Positions 23,625-36,655 of a DNA stretch of 64,000 nt are shown piece after piece. The notes under the pieces were generated by a model. The model did no database searches and was not told where the DNA came from. It was given only the letters and a program-made list of their open reading frames with translations. Each line of letters opens with the position of its first letter. The first letter of the stretch is position 1. The position numbers and the translations under genes are program-made. Source of the stretch: Mobula hypostoma (lineage: Eukaryota); the NCBI RefSeq assembly GCF_963921235.1, contig NC_086097.1, forward strand, positions 150,910,001 to 150,974,000. Direction: 5' to 3'.

Positions 23625-25717
23625 CATCCGAATCCCTCCGGACCTTTTGTGATAGAAATGGATGCATCTGACACGTGTGCAGGGGTAATCCTCTCCCATT
23701 CAGGATCAGACGGGAAGACACATCTTTGTGTCTTCTCGCGCAAGTTCAACTCTACACAACACTGTAATGAAGACAAGGAGCTACTCGTCATTAAATGGAC
23801 CTTGGAGGAACTGGCTGATGGGAATCACTGAGCCTTTTCTCACCATGATTGAACAGCAGATCCTCATGTCGACAGACCCACCAACTCAACCCATGTAAGG
23901 CTCACTGGGCCCGCTTCCTCAAGCATCTTCACCATCTCCTGCCGATCCTTCTCCAACAACACTAAGGGAACGCCCCGTAATGAGAGCTCGACTCAGCAGA
24001 AAAGGGAGAGCAACCCTCTGTCGATTATTCCACCCTTGCAGATACTCTCTGTGATCATTTGGGATCTTGAGAAGCACATCCTTCAGGCCCTTCAGCCGGC
24101 GCACCTGACAACCGCATGTATAACCGGTGGCTTTGCGCCCTGAGGCGCTCCAGTGGGCCCACTCCTCATCCCTCTCTGGCCATCGAGCACATGACGGACT
24201 CTGGATTTTCTGCGACATTGGTTCCGGTGGCCCACCATGATCACAGATGTATGTCAGTTCGTCACTGCTTGCTCTTAATGTTTCCAGTCAGATTCTTTGA
24301 ACCAGCAGCTCTCTAGGCTCCTGCGGCTCCTGATGCCTGTGGTCCCACATCATATTGGATTTTATCATGTATTTGCCATCTGCTGATGGGGCCACGGTGA
24401 TGGGCAGATTCTCCAAGGTGGCCCACTTTATTGCCCTCCCCAAGCCTCTTCAGCCACTGAGACGGCAGAGATGGTTCTCCAAGATGTTGTTTGCCTCCAC
24501 AGTTTCCCTCAGAACATCGCATTAGACATGGGCTCACAATTTGTCTCCCTTTGCTGGCGAGCCTTCTGCTCCCTTCTCCACACCTCACTGAGTTCTTTCT
24601 CTGCCTATCACCCGCAGCCCAACTGTTGGTCAGCAAGAGCCAATCGGCAGGTGGAGAAGTTTCTGTGATGTTTCGCTGCCTCTAACCCTTCCACATGCAA
24701 GAGGGATCTGCTCTGGGCTGAACTGTCCCGCAATCTACACACCCCCTCTGCCACAGGGATATCACACTTTGAAGTGCTTCATGGCTACCAATCACGATTG
24801 TTCCCCATGGAGGAGCCAATGGTGGAAGTCCCGTCTGCCAGTGCTCTGGTCTGCCATTGCTGGAATGCTCAGAAGAGGGCACAGAGAGCCTTTCTAGCTG
24901 CCAACAGCACCTACTGCCACTAGGCTAACCACCGTCAGCACCCAGCCAGACTACTCTGGCCTGGGAGCCTTTGGCTATCCACCTGTGCACTGACTCCCAC
25001 AAGCTCTCATCCAAGTTCATTGGTCCCTTTAATATTACCCGTCACATCGACCCAGTTACTTACCATCTTCAGCTGACACCATCCCTCAGGTTCACAGCTA
25101 CCTTCCACGTATCTTGCCACAAGCCCGTCGTCCATGGACCATCAAGCCACTTGAGCCTGCATCTCCAGAGCCAAGGATGGTGGAAGGTTGTCCTGTGTAC
25201 ACAGTTTGCCAGTTGATGAATTCTTGTTATTATACCTGGTCAACTGGGAAGGGTACAGCCCGAGGAGAGGTCTTGAAAATTGTCCAATTTCATCCTTGGA
25301 TCAATCACTCATTGAGGAATTCCACTGGACACATCTAGATTGTCCTGGGCTGTCAGATGTCAAGCATTTGGGGGGTGGGTGGGAAAGGTTCTTGTCAGCT
25401 CCGCACAGGCAGGCACTTCTCAATCTTCATCCAACTAACAGGAATCACCTGCACTCATTTCCAACTCATCACCTGCAGCCTATTTAAACCCAGCTCGCAT
25501 CCACAGTGCTTTATTCATCCATAAAACCAGCCAGCTTCAATCAATTACTCCTAGCCCTCAGTTAATTTGTTGCCTTATCATGTTAACTATATTCTTTATG
25601 TTGTTTCGTGGCCCCTTGTGTCTTGTTATTTTGCAGTTTATTAGTAGAATATAATTTATTATGGAACTGTCTCTGCTGCTCTGCTTTTAGGTAAAGCCTC
25701 CCTTACATTTCCGAACA
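23625..25717 (+). mobile_element. Ty3/Gypsy chromovirus (Sushi-like) remnant: RNase H, integrase, chromodomain, PPT, 3' LTR
   Basis: FVIEMDASDTCAGVILS...FSRKF...DKELLVIKW (RNase H); [18 protein letters not shown]...SAYHPQPN..RANRQVE (integrase); KLSSKFIGPF (GPY/F); YLVNWEGY..SLIEEFH (chromodomain); G-rich PPT ~25369-25388, then LTR from TG at 25393. Confidence 0.85.
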
Positions 25718-26741
25718 GAACATTAAAATTTAGTAGTTGCAGAGAAAATTCAAGATATCCCAATTTCAGAAGGAAGTGTGAAAGCTGGCATGGTGCTTCA
25801 ACCACAGTGTTCTGACATAGCAGAGAAGTTAAAGGGCAGCACAAAATCAGAAAAAGGGAGAGAAAGCAATTAGATTTATCACATATTAGATAAATTATTT
25901 ACATTTATCAGGTCACTGGAACTTGAACTTTTTTTAATCATACAGTAAGAAGCAGGCTTGTGTGCATATTAGGTCTGAGCTGTTAGACACAAATAGCTTG
26001 AAGGATTGTGATCTCCCTGGAAACAGCAGGCAAAAAGTTCAAGGGCATTCTTTAAGTCACAAGCGTGGTGGCAGCCTGAAGTCAAAGGCTAAGCATTTGA
26101 GAAACAGGCACAACATTATGTGACCGTAAGTTGCACAAACTGGTGCTAATCCCCACAGAGATGTTCTTTTTAAGAGACCAAACACTACACCTGAAAGGAC
26201 TTCTTTCTTAATTTAGCCACAACTGAAAAGAGTGTTGTTTCTAACACAACATTGACAAGGAGAGCTGATTCTCTCTTTAGAAGTTGCAAAAGAAGGAATC
26301 TGCAAAATTACAATGGCTATAGATTTCACTAAATTAATTTTGTATAATATCTATGCTACAATTAACCATGGTGTGAGACAAAAAAGACTTCGAGGAGTGA
26401 ATCATAATTCATCACAAGTTATCAGTGATGTAAACTGACGTGGTTGTAAATTATCCCAATATACAGAAGGACTCATATGATAAGCAGTTAAGTCAACAAA
26501 CCTAAGTCAGAAGCATTAGTTTCAGGAGCTATTCAGAAGCAATGAATAAGGCTGTTACAATAGCTAATGTCTGAAGTTACTCCTGATGTAACAAACTGTA
26601 TTAAGCATTTGGCTCTGATAGGCAAAGATTGGTTTGTAAAATTAAACCTGTTGTTTTGTTCTGTAAAAACATGTTTATCAGCACTCTCATTATTGTGAAG
26701 CCCAATCCAAAAATACATTACATTCATGCTGTTACTGTAGT

Positions 26742-27760
26742 ATGATGCAATACGTGTGCTTGCAACACTGTGTGTCCGACAGAGTGATCGACAGCACTGG
26801 GGCTCCACAGGGGACTGTCTTGTCTCCCTTTCTCTTCACCATTTACACCTCAGACTTCAACTACTGCACAGAGTCTTGTCATCTTCAGAAGTTTTCTGAT
26901 GACTCTGCCATAGTTGGATGTATCAGCACGGGAGATGAGGCTGAGTACAGGGCTACGGTAGGAAACTTTGTCACAAGGTGTGAGCAGAATTATCTGCAGC
27001 TTAATGTGAAAAAGTCTAAAGAGCTGGTGGTAGACCTGAGGAGGGCTAAGGCACTGGTGACCCCTGTTTCCATCCAGAGGGTCAGTGTGGACATGGTGGA
27101 GGATTACAAATACCTGGGGATACGTATTGACAATAAACTGGACTGGTCAAAGAAAACTGAGGCTGTCTACAAGAAGGGTCAGAGCCGTCTCTATTTCCTG
27201 AGGAGACTGAGGTCCTTTAACATCTGCCGGACGATGCTGAGGATGTTCTACGAGTCTGTGGTGGCCAGTGCTATCATGTTTGCTGTTGTGTGCTGGGGCA
27301 GCAGGCTGAGGGTAGCAGACACCAACAGAATCAACAAACTCATTTGTAAGGCCAGTGATGTTGTGGGGATGGAACTGGGCTCTCTGATGGTGGTGTCTGA
27401 AAAGAGGATGCTGTCCAAGTTGCATGCCATCTTGGACAATGTCTCTCATCCACTACATAATGTACTGGTTGGGCACAGGAGTACATTCAGCCAGAGACTC
27501 ATTCCACCGAGATGCAACACAGAGCGTCATAGGAAGTCATTCCTGCCTGTGGAACATCAAATTTTACAACTCCTCCCTTTGAGGGTCAGACACCCTGAGC
27601 CAGTAGGCTGGTCCTGGACTTATTTCCTGGCACAATTTACATATTACTATTTAACTATTTATGGTTTTATTACTATTTATTATTTATGGTGCAACTGTAA
27701 TCAAAACCAATTTCCCCCAGGATCAATAAAGTATGACTATGACTATGACTATGACTATGA
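26742..27760 (+). mobile_element. Young 5'-truncated Rex1/Babar LINE with open RT C-terminal half
   Basis: ORF 26742-27821 contains STGAPQGTVLSPFLFTIYT..QKFSDDS..YKYLG..KKGQSRLYFLRRL; frameshift near the C-terminus; AATAAA and (TATGAC)n tail at 27732-27760. Confidence 0.92.
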
Positions 27761-29329
27761 AAACTGCAAAAACCTTGTAATTGGTTTAAAGTGTACTTTT
27801 ATTAATTTATTAACATTTTGAGAATTGTGCAATTAATCATTTACCAGATCATTGGTTTCTAACAATATTAATGTGTTTAAAAACTTAATTAAAGCTTATT
27901 TGTGATGATGATTCATCATTGTGACAGGAAGTTGTTTGATCATTTGTGTAAAAGAAGGAGATTTTGCTTTTGGTAAAGAGAATTTCACCCTTGGATTCTG
28001 ACTGTGAGTGGTTCCAAGGGTCAGAAAACTACTCTTATATTTGTTGTTGCCTAGAGTCTAAAAGAGAAGAAGGAATTTGAAAACATTGTTTTGCTTGAGG
28101 ACTGTTTGTTTTTTGAATTGACTGAGCTGACTTCCCTTTTGAACTGTTGTCACGAGTGGCATAAGGAGCTATTGACAACCCTTACATTTGGTGTTGCCAG
28201 ATGTCCCTACCAGTAGTAGGGCTATGAGAAGTGTTTAATAGGCAATTTTTTTTCCTTGTGACCATCTATGCAATAAGACTATTTATTTGATCATATTCAT
28301 TGGATCAGGCCATTGTAATACACCAGAATTTTGCAGAAGTTATTTAATTTTTGATGCTGTATTGGATCCTGTAGTACACCTGTAGATGCATAAATTACAC
28401 CAAATATAAAGCAAAAAGTTCGAAAATACATTAGCACTGAGTGAAACAACTTTACACACCTTTGGTCACCTTAGCGTCATTTACTAAGATCATAAACTCA
28501 CTTTTGGGTAAGCTTTTTCCTAAGAGTGATAGAGTCATTCAGCACAAACATTGTCCCTTCAGCTCATTGTGTCCATTTTGCCCATCGGCACTAATCTGAT
28601 TGCCGATATTAGGACAACGTCCTTTGGTATTTTGCCTAGTTAGTGTCTGAATGCCTCCTAGACACAGTAATGATATCTGATTCCATCACCTTCCATACAA
28701 CATAGTCCAGACATAAAACTCAGCCTTAAGAGAAACCTTAACCTTCTGAATTCTTTGTTTGCTGTTTCTCGACATCACACTGACTCAACTATCATCAATT
28801 GTCGGGCAATGATTGTTGGATTTTCAACCACATTAGTCTGAAAATTGTCGTTACTCTTTACTTTGGGAAGAACTGGCTTTTACTGATGTTGTTATGTTAG
28901 AAAGAACTCTTTTTATAAAGCCACTCACAAGCAAACGACATTTATTCCCAAACTACTGCCAGCTTGTAGCTTATATTACACACCGAACAGTGATCCTTCA
29001 TTGCATTGTGAACCACTGCTGCAGGTAAATGAACAAGTTACAATGTGGTAGATAACCCACCACAACCTTTGTGAATCATATAGACCAGCAACAATTGGCT
29101 TATATCCTCCCAACAGGGGCACGTTGCAGGAGGCAAGACAGCCACTTTATTAAGGACCTCATCCACCAAACGCTTTCGAAAGCCTATGAAGTCTTGACTT
29201 CATAGAGAGTTTTCATGGAGACCTGTCATCTCAAAACTTAAAAACATATCATGCCTGCTCCCACTGTCAAAGTGGAGGTCACTGCTGTCTTCAGCCCCCT
29301 GACCTCAAGATCAGCAAGGTGGTGCATCT

Positions 29330-29580
29330 AGTGAAGTTGTTAGCTCACAACTCCAGCAACTCTGGTTCAATCCTGACCTCTGGTGCTGTCTGTGTGGTAT
29401 TGACATGTTGTTTCTGTGACTGTGTGGGCTTGCCCCAGGTGTGATTTCCTCCCAAGCTGTGCAGGTTATTGGGTTCATTGAATGCGATAAATTGCCCTTA
29501 CTGTGTAGATGACCAGTGGAATCTGCAATGAGTAGCTGGGTACATGGGGATAATATAAAAGGATGAATGTGAATGGGTGG
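29330..29580 (+). mobile_element. HE1-like V-SINE, decayed
   Basis: GGTTCAATCCTGACCTCTGGTGCTGTCTGTGTGG B-box and V-domain. Confidence 0.6.
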
Positions 29581-29589
29581 TTGGTGGCT

Positions 29590-30180
29590 GTACTTCCCCA
29601 GGAGGCGGAGGAAATTTGGCATGAAATTATCACGTTATAATGCGCTCTAGAAAGCATCCAGTCTGGATGTATCTCGGTATGGTATGGAATGGCAACTGCT
29701 CTGCACATGACCACAAGAAACTGCAGAGAGCCGTGGGCACAGCTCAGTACCTCGCAGAAACCAATCTCCCCTACAAGGGCTCTGTCTACTCTTCTTGCTG
29801 CCTCGGTGAAACAGCCAGTATAATCAAAGACTTCACCCATCCTGGATATTCTCCCTTCTTCCCCTTCCCATCGGGCAGCGGATATGAAAGCCTGAAAACA
29901 CTTGTCACTAGGCTCAAGGACAGCTTCGACCCCACTGTTGTAAGAATATTGGGCAGTCCCCCAGTATGATAAGATAGACTCTTGACCTCACAGCTTTGTT
30001 ATGACATTGTACTTTATTGCTTTCCTGTGCTGCACCTTCTCTCTACGGTAACACTTTATCCTGCATTCTGTTTTCTTTTTTATACATCAGTGGACTGTTG
30101 TAATGAATTGATCTGTACAGATGTAAAGCTAAGTTTTTCACTGTACTTCAGTACATGCAACAACAATAAAGCAGTTTACC
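29590..30180 (+). mobile_element. Rex1-type LINE 3' fragment
   Basis: ORF 29640-29969 WNGNCSAHDHKKLQRAV..SIIKDFTHPGYSPF.PFPSG. Confidence 0.75.
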
Positions 30181-30224
30181 CATTTATCTGCTTCTCCTAC
30201 CCATAGGAGCTGGCAGGTTCGATT

Positions 30225-30333
30225 ACAACACATACAAAACACTGGAGGAACACAGCAGATGATCTCTGCTGAGTTCCTCCAGCATTTTGTGTGTGTTGCT
30301 CGGATTTCCAGCATCTGCAGCTTTCCCCTTGTT
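30225..30333. mobile_element. Miniature fold-back Penelope-like terminus
   Basis: ACACATACAAAACACTGGAGGAACACAGCAGA is the inverse of TCTGCTGAGTTCCTCCAGCATTTTGTGTGTGT; the 3' tail is present on one side only. Confidence 0.75.
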
Positions 30334-31180
30334 TGTGGCTGGTTCTATTGGTGGTTTTCTCAAAGCAAATGCATGCACTTAATAGTGCCATAAATTCAAA
30401 CCCAAAAACATTTTAATTAACAGGAAGTGAATGCATTCTTTCATGTCCAGTTGGTGGTAGGCCAATACAGGGCATTTGTGTGGTCAGCTTCAGGTTGTGG
30501 CAAGTCAACCAGTCTTAGCCAGACACAACTATTTCATAACATTCAACAACATACTGCCCTAAAGGAAGGATTTGGAAGAACAAAGAGTACAGACCTTTCC
30601 TCCGATATAAATCAGGTTGCAGCTAATTCAGCTCTCAGTTTCAGACAGAAATTTCAACAAGGACAGAACTAAACAGTTAATTGGGATGTCCATTTTCATT
30701 AACATCCAACACTACAATAATAAGAATGTTTTCCCTCATTTTACACATTGCTTTTGCTTTCCAAGCATAACAGCTGCTGTATCTTGAATTAATTGATGAC
30801 CTTCATGCTTATAAGCTCTTCCCATTTGCAAACATTGCAGGTTCTCATCAAATGGCCCATTTTAAAAAATAACTTGCAAACAAGTACACCTATGGCTATT
30901 TAAGAGCAGGATACTAGAAGGTACCAGGGTGCTCAACGAGGTTATAGAGCTATTTAATAATCTTTTCTTGACTCAGTGGAATACTAAGGCAGCAACTACA
31001 AGTGATTTTTATGCCATTTGATCAAGATTTACATTCTATAACCTCATGGTCTCATCTAAAATTTGTGAAGATGCAGGCTAGTCGGCATATAAATCTGCTC
31101 AATTACATAAATAAGTCTATAGTTTGATAGCTTTACTCAGGTTGTGGTGCTCTCATAAAGTCTCCGTGAGAGAAACATAA

Positions 31181-31815
31181 TGTTGTGCATTTTGTAATTT
31201 CAGTAATATTTGAGTAATACTGTAAATTATATTGTTTGATTAAGCATTCTTTGTTTGCTTAAATAATTCATTACAGGTGATATGTTAAAGTATGTAAATG
31301 GTATACATCATCACGCCATCATGTCATACATGTGTGTCTCACTAAAAATAAAACTCAGAAAATACATGAGTTTTCCCTCTTCCGTGTTTCCTTCCAATTT
31401 CTTTTAATGTTTTGAACGAGGAAATTTCAAAAGAACCCAAGACTACTACCTACCTGTTGAAGCATAGTGAGTCGTTTGAGTTTTAAAAAAAACACATCGA
31501 GATGTTGGAGTTAAAAATAAAATCACAGCATGTGTTAATTGGAAGGGAAGAGATGTTTGAGTTAAAAAAGGCGGAAAATTGACACATTCATGGGTTCATA
31601 ACAATGAGTGCTGGGTGATAAGCATTCTCTGTTTGTTTAAATAATTCATTACAGGTGAGATGTAAAGGTACGTGAATGGTATATGTCATCACGCCATCAC
31701 GTCATATGTACATGTAGCGTTAAAAGTAAAGCTAAAGATATACACAAGATATCCCAGTTCCGTTTTCCTTTGAATTAAATTTGGTGTTTTTTGAAGTTAC
31801 AAAATATAAACATAA
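31181..31815 (+). mobile_element. Short LTR-retroelement deletion derivative: two LTR-like direct repeats with a ~200 bp spacer
   Basis: TAAGCATTCT..GTTTG.TTAAATAATTCATTACAGGTGA...CATCACGCCATCA.GTCATA repeated at ~31240 and ~31619; starts TGTTGTG. Confidence 0.6.
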
Positions 31816-31819
31816 TATG

Positions 31820-31821
<2 letters not shown>

Positions 31822-31850
<29 letters not shown>
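31822..31850. repeat. (GA)n microsatellite
   Basis: Seen directly. Confidence 0.95.
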
Positions 31851-32169
31851 CTAATGCTAGCATCATGACATGTTTCAGACCTTATGTCACATGGATTGTT
31901 GTGTAACTTGTGGCTTGGTTTTAGATGTGCCAGTGCTGTATAGGGAATATGATTGAGCTTTCCTGAGTGGATGGGAGTCAGACATGGAGAGTGAGAAATG
32001 GGCAGAGTGATAGGTGGGGAGAGAAAGGCACAGAGCAGCAGGGAAAGGAAGGAAAGCAGTGAAACAGTCAGATATATTAGAGAAGGGAAAAGGAGGGGGT
32101 CAGAGCAAGGACCATATGTCAAAGAAATGGTTGGGAAAAAGATGTGAAGAAAATAGGCAGTAATTAAAG

Positions 32170-32473
32170 GCATCCATTAGTCTTGTGAGACAATGGATCT
32201 GTGCCTGGAAAGTCTTCACTCTCCAGGGCGCAGGCCTGGGCAAGGTTGTATGGAAGACCAGCAGTTGCCCATGCTGCAGGTCTCCCCTCTTCATGACACC
32301 AATGTTGTCCAAGGGAAGGGCATTAGGACCCATACAGCTTGGCACCAGTGTCGTCGCAGAGCAATGTGTGATTAAGTGCCTTGCTCAAGGACACAACACG
32401 TTCCCTCGGCTGGGGTTTGAACTCACGACCTTCAGGTGGCTAGTCCAATGCCTTAACCACTTGGCCAAGTGCT
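32170..32473 (-). mobile_element. tRNA-derived SINE with CORE-like central domain
   Basis: Reverse strand: TGGCCAAGTGGTTAAGGC (A box), GAGTTCAAACCC (B box), GTGTCCTTGAGCAAGGCACTTAA. Confidence 0.75.
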
Positions 32474-32734
32474 GAAGAGCTTATGCATATGAATGAAAGA
32501 GTGAGTATGTTGTAAGGAAAGGTGTTAGAGGTATGAATGGATCAATCTTGTGAAGTCATGATAACTTTCTCAAGATCGTACAGCAGTGAGAGGAGTGTTA
32601 TTCCGAGTAGAAACCACCTCTCCCAGAGATGTCCTGCGGGGGGGGGGGGTGCTCTTCATGACTTCCTGGTGTTCAATACAACTCACCTGTTGATAATGTG
32701 ATCCACCAGCTTCTCACGTTCCTTCCACTAAACT

Positions 32735-32855
32735 TGAGAAGAAGGGTCTCAGCCCGAAATGTCAACTGTTTTGTTCCCTTCCATGGACCCTGCCTGACCT
32801 ACTGAGTTCCTCCAGCATTTTGAGCATGTTGCTTTGGCTGCAGAATTTCTTGTGT
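32735..32855 (+). mobile_element. Penelope-like terminus with decayed hammerhead
   Basis: GAAGGGTCTCAGCCCGAAATGTCAACTG...CTGAGTTCCTCCAGCATTTTG. Confidence 0.7.
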
Positions 32856-35074
32856 TTTTGAGATGATATTGGTTGCCCTCTGGAATCACTAGTACAACTA
32901 TAGTGAAGGTGGCAGTAAGTTTCAGTCATTGGAAGAATGTTGATGGAGTGCATATGTGTGCACAAGGACTGGCAGTTAAAGTCACTGATCATGCCAAAAT
33001 GTTGGCAACTAAAATAAAAAGTCAATTTCTATTTTTCAGCAGTGCCTTTTGCCTCTGATACAGCCAGGCATTACACATGGGACCATGATAACAAACGTTA
33101 AGTGAAGCTGTCATTTTCAGACTTTTTAAAACAGCATTAGCTAGACAACAATGCAACAATGCTTTGTCGCCAAAATATAGTGCTTAGAAATTTAGGCTGA
33201 TGAGTCTTACAGCAGTTGTTGAATATACTGTACCTTAAATTTTATAGGACTCAATGGAGACATTTTCAAATCTGTAGCAGCACTCTTGTTAACATCGGAA
33301 TTAAAGAGGCATGATTGTAAATTGCACATATAGTAAATAAGAATTAAGCCAATTAATTCTAGAAATAGCAAGTATCTTTACCCATCCTCCTCCCTTAACA
33401 CAAGCATTATTCTATGTTACGAAACAGACTGCATTAAGTATTCATATTTACAATGGTAGAATGATGAATTACAGGAATCAATGTGTCTAGGGAGGTGTGT
33501 GTTGTTGAAGAGGCAAAAGTGTGTAGGCGGTTCTGTGGGCACACCTGGGAGAAGGTAGTAAATTAGGATGGTTCAAATTAATCTGCAGCAGCCGAGAAAG
33601 TAGAACAGTGCCCTGGACACTTTGAGAACAGGAGGGAGTGAGGGACATCTCGTGTCTGTGCTATATTTGTGAGCAGCATCAAGTAATTTATTCTTCATGG
33701 ACTGAAAGGAAGGCTTATTTTGTGAAGGCAAAACTTTAGCTAATTAAGAAAAAGACGTAGTTGTAGAAACAACAAAATAGGGATGTTCTGCAGAAAGAAC
33801 TGAAGTCACCGATATGTCATTCTTTCTAATGAGCAGAGCTGCGCATTTTAGTCCCTTGCAGCTCAAGGAGTAGCATTCTGTCTGCTTACATTGAACATCA
33901 TCTTCACCTTTTACCAGTATTTTTCTTCTTGTGAGTACTTTCTCCACCTCATTTTTTGTGCTTTATTCTATTGCACTTTACTTAATTTGCATTGCTCTAA
34001 AAGTATTTTTTGGTTGCTTACTTCAAGTTAGCTTCCAGTTTTGCTTTAGCTCCTCTCTTGTACTCAACACTTCACATTGATTCAACATTTGACAACTCAA
34101 TTTAAAGCTCAGTTGCTTTAATTTGGGTTTTCAAAAGGATTTCAAATATGTTGAAGGTGTTTTTATTATACCCTTTGTTTTCCTGAACTTCATTCAAAAA
34201 TAAACTATATTTCAAGAAATGATCCATCTCTTAGGAGTTCAGATTACAATGTCACATTGGAAGATAATATTTTTCACTTTCATGAGAAAAGCAGTTCACT
34301 GAATCTGGTTTTGATTATAATCCTGCCAGTATGAACAACAGATTGGGTTTATTTCACATACACATGACAACTGGTCCCACTGGGGACTTTTCCTAGGCCC
34401 ATTGCTGTCTGTTAGCTAATTGTAATTTATCACCTATACTGAGAAACAGTGAAAAACTTCTGAAAAGCATGCCATGCAAAAAGATCCTTCCATGCACAAG
34501 TACATTGAGGTAATGCACAAGGGAAAATAAATAGTACTGTTTTGGTCTCCTTAAGAATGAATGCTATACTTATCTTAGTGTGGTGTGGTTAGTTTTGCTG
34601 GATTAGGACCAGGTTAAGAGAGCTGTCCAGTGAGCTAAAATTAAGTAGAATTGGCGCAGTCAGCAACTCTTTTATCCATCCATGTACCTTGCCTCTAACA
34701 CTAGGGTCCCTTAGTGCGAAAACGCTCAGACTGTAATACCGTGTGACTTCAATTAGTCCTAATATTAAAGGCAGGTTACAAGAAAGGCTGATGAGTACCA
34801 CGAAATTTGCATGGATTTCATCAAGGCTTTTGAAGAGGGAAAATTAGATAATGTGGTGAAAATATTGCAAATTTTATCCAAAACTGGCTTAGTGTCAGGA
34901 AGCAAAGCGTATTGGTTGACTATGATAGGGAAGCTGTTACCATAAAGTTCAAACCTATACATGTTGAATGATTGAGAATTTAGAGTGGAGGATGCTAAAG
35001 AGGATTGCAGACAGTACAGCATTGACAGGGGTAGGGGAAAATCTTTAGGTTTTAGGAAGATACAGATTAACCAA

Positions 35075-35160
35075 GTTCAGAAAATGCTGGAAGAAGTCAA
35101 CTAGTCAGCATCTATTGATAGAGAAGCCAATTGACATTCTTGGCCAGGGACTCTTCATAG
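35075..35160 (-). mobile_element. Old Penelope-like terminus remnant
   Basis: AAAATGCTGGAAGAAGTCA..AGCATCTAT..TTGACATT..GGCCAGGGACTCTTCAT. Confidence 0.5.
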
Positions 35161-35482
35161 GTGGCCAGGTAGCTGCAGAAACAGCAACTGGAATTTAACC
35201 CAGAGGTTTTTTTTTATCACCTAGAGTTGTAGAGGCCTCTCTACCTCTATTTAACACAGAGAAGTAGGAGTTCTTTTTTTCACCTAGAATGGTAGAGGCT
35301 TTGCGCTCATTAAGTCTAAGGTTGAGGCAGAAACACTGGTCACAGTTAACAGCATAGAAGATAGAATATAGAATATGGAGAAGCATAGCACAGTAACACA
35401 CCATATCTGCACCGACCACGATGCCAGTCTAAACTATACACATCTGCCTGCACGTGATCCTTCTGTTCACTGCCCCTTTATG

Positions 35483-35940
35483 TTCAAAGTTCAAAGCAAA
35501 TTTATTATCAAAGTACATATATGTTACTACATACCACCTGGAGATTCATTTTCTTCCAGGCATTTACAGGGGAAAAATACACAAATATCTCATGAAGAAC
35601 TATACATAAACAAAGACTGACAAACAGCAATGTGCAAAAGAAGACTGTTACGTACCCCATAACTGGGTTGCCAAACCAGCAGAAATGGAACACTCGTTGG
35701 AGTCTGTGATTACTAGGAACTAATAAAGTTTTATTAAAGAAATAAGTAATACAGTACACTAATCGTAAGGATATAAATGTAACAAGTTAGCAATGATAAT
35801 GCACACATATACACAGAACTAGGGTAATAGGAATCAACCAAGCTCTATCGCAGTCTAGGGGTAAAATGATCAGTCTTAAGTGAAGCAGAGTTCAGTTCAG
35901 TTTAGTGCAGTTCGCAGTAATTGCTGTTGTCGTACCGTTG

Positions 35941-35993
<53 letters not shown>

Positions 35994-36655
35994 TTTGGTT
36001 TCAGACAGACCTTTTGATGTCTTCGCAGTTGGTTTTGGGCAGACCTTTTGATGTCTTCTATCCCGCTGTGGTCTCCGACTGTGACCCCCCCGTTCCGGAT
36101 ACGACGTTCTTCCGTGGTGAACCCGGCACCCAGGCAAGGGCAGACACACACCCCAGGTTCCCACTGATTGTACCTTTACACCCTGTGAGCCTCTGGTCGG
36201 TTTCTGCGAACCGGTCCTCCTCACTCCTACCCACTTGTGGGGGCACACTGCTCTTTCCAGGGTCTCGTGCCTTAGCAAACCTGCTCCTTTTATCCCCCTG
36301 CTGGGGTATCACCTGTCTGTCAAACTTCAAACAGTTCAGGTTCAAAGCAACCAGTCTGTCAATATCTGAATTGTGTTTCTTTCCCGTTAATCCCTTTCTC
36401 CTCTCTTATTAGCATTTTGAATGTTTCTCCATTGTCTTTCTTATCTCTCTCATTAGCATCATCCGTCCGGTAGCTCTGCTTGGTGTCACACATGATGAGA
36501 CAAACTGCAAATAAAAAATACTGAAAACATGAGTTGTAAAGAGTCCTTGAAAGTGAGTCTGTAGGACATAGAGTAAGCTCAGAGTTGTGGTGAATGAAGT
36601 TATCCATGCTGGTTCAGGAGCCTGATTGGTGTAGGATATTAACTGTTCCTGAACC
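35483..36655 (-). mobile_element. Rex1-type 3' UTR interrupted by a solo LTR
   Basis: TTCAAAGTTCAAAGCAAATTTATTATCAAAG tail; the UTR resumes at 36498 and is homologous to 6242-6450. Confidence 0.7.
35646..36497 (-). mobile_element. Solo LTR (~850 bp, Gypsy-type) containing a (GA)n tract
   Basis: Begins TGTTACG; 4-bp TSD AGAC at 35642-35645 and 36498-36501; TTTATT (polyA signal on minus strand) at ~35730; other terminus imperfect. Confidence 0.7.

Noticed and set aside
26742..27821. 359-aa ORF as a host or domesticated gene
   Set aside because: 5'-truncated Rex1 RT that frameshifts and reads into the element's 3' UTR and tail
27761..28390. Possible LTR-like segment
   Set aside because: No termini, TSD or second copy identified
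30427..30672. ORF containing SASGCGKST, resembling a P-loop
   Set aside because: Lacks the first G/A of Walker A, has no Walker B or other NTPase context and no splice-supported exon; likely chance
32380..32473. tRNA gene
   Set aside because: A/B boxes continue into a SINE body and there is no complete cloverleaf; same for 49455 and 57730-57800
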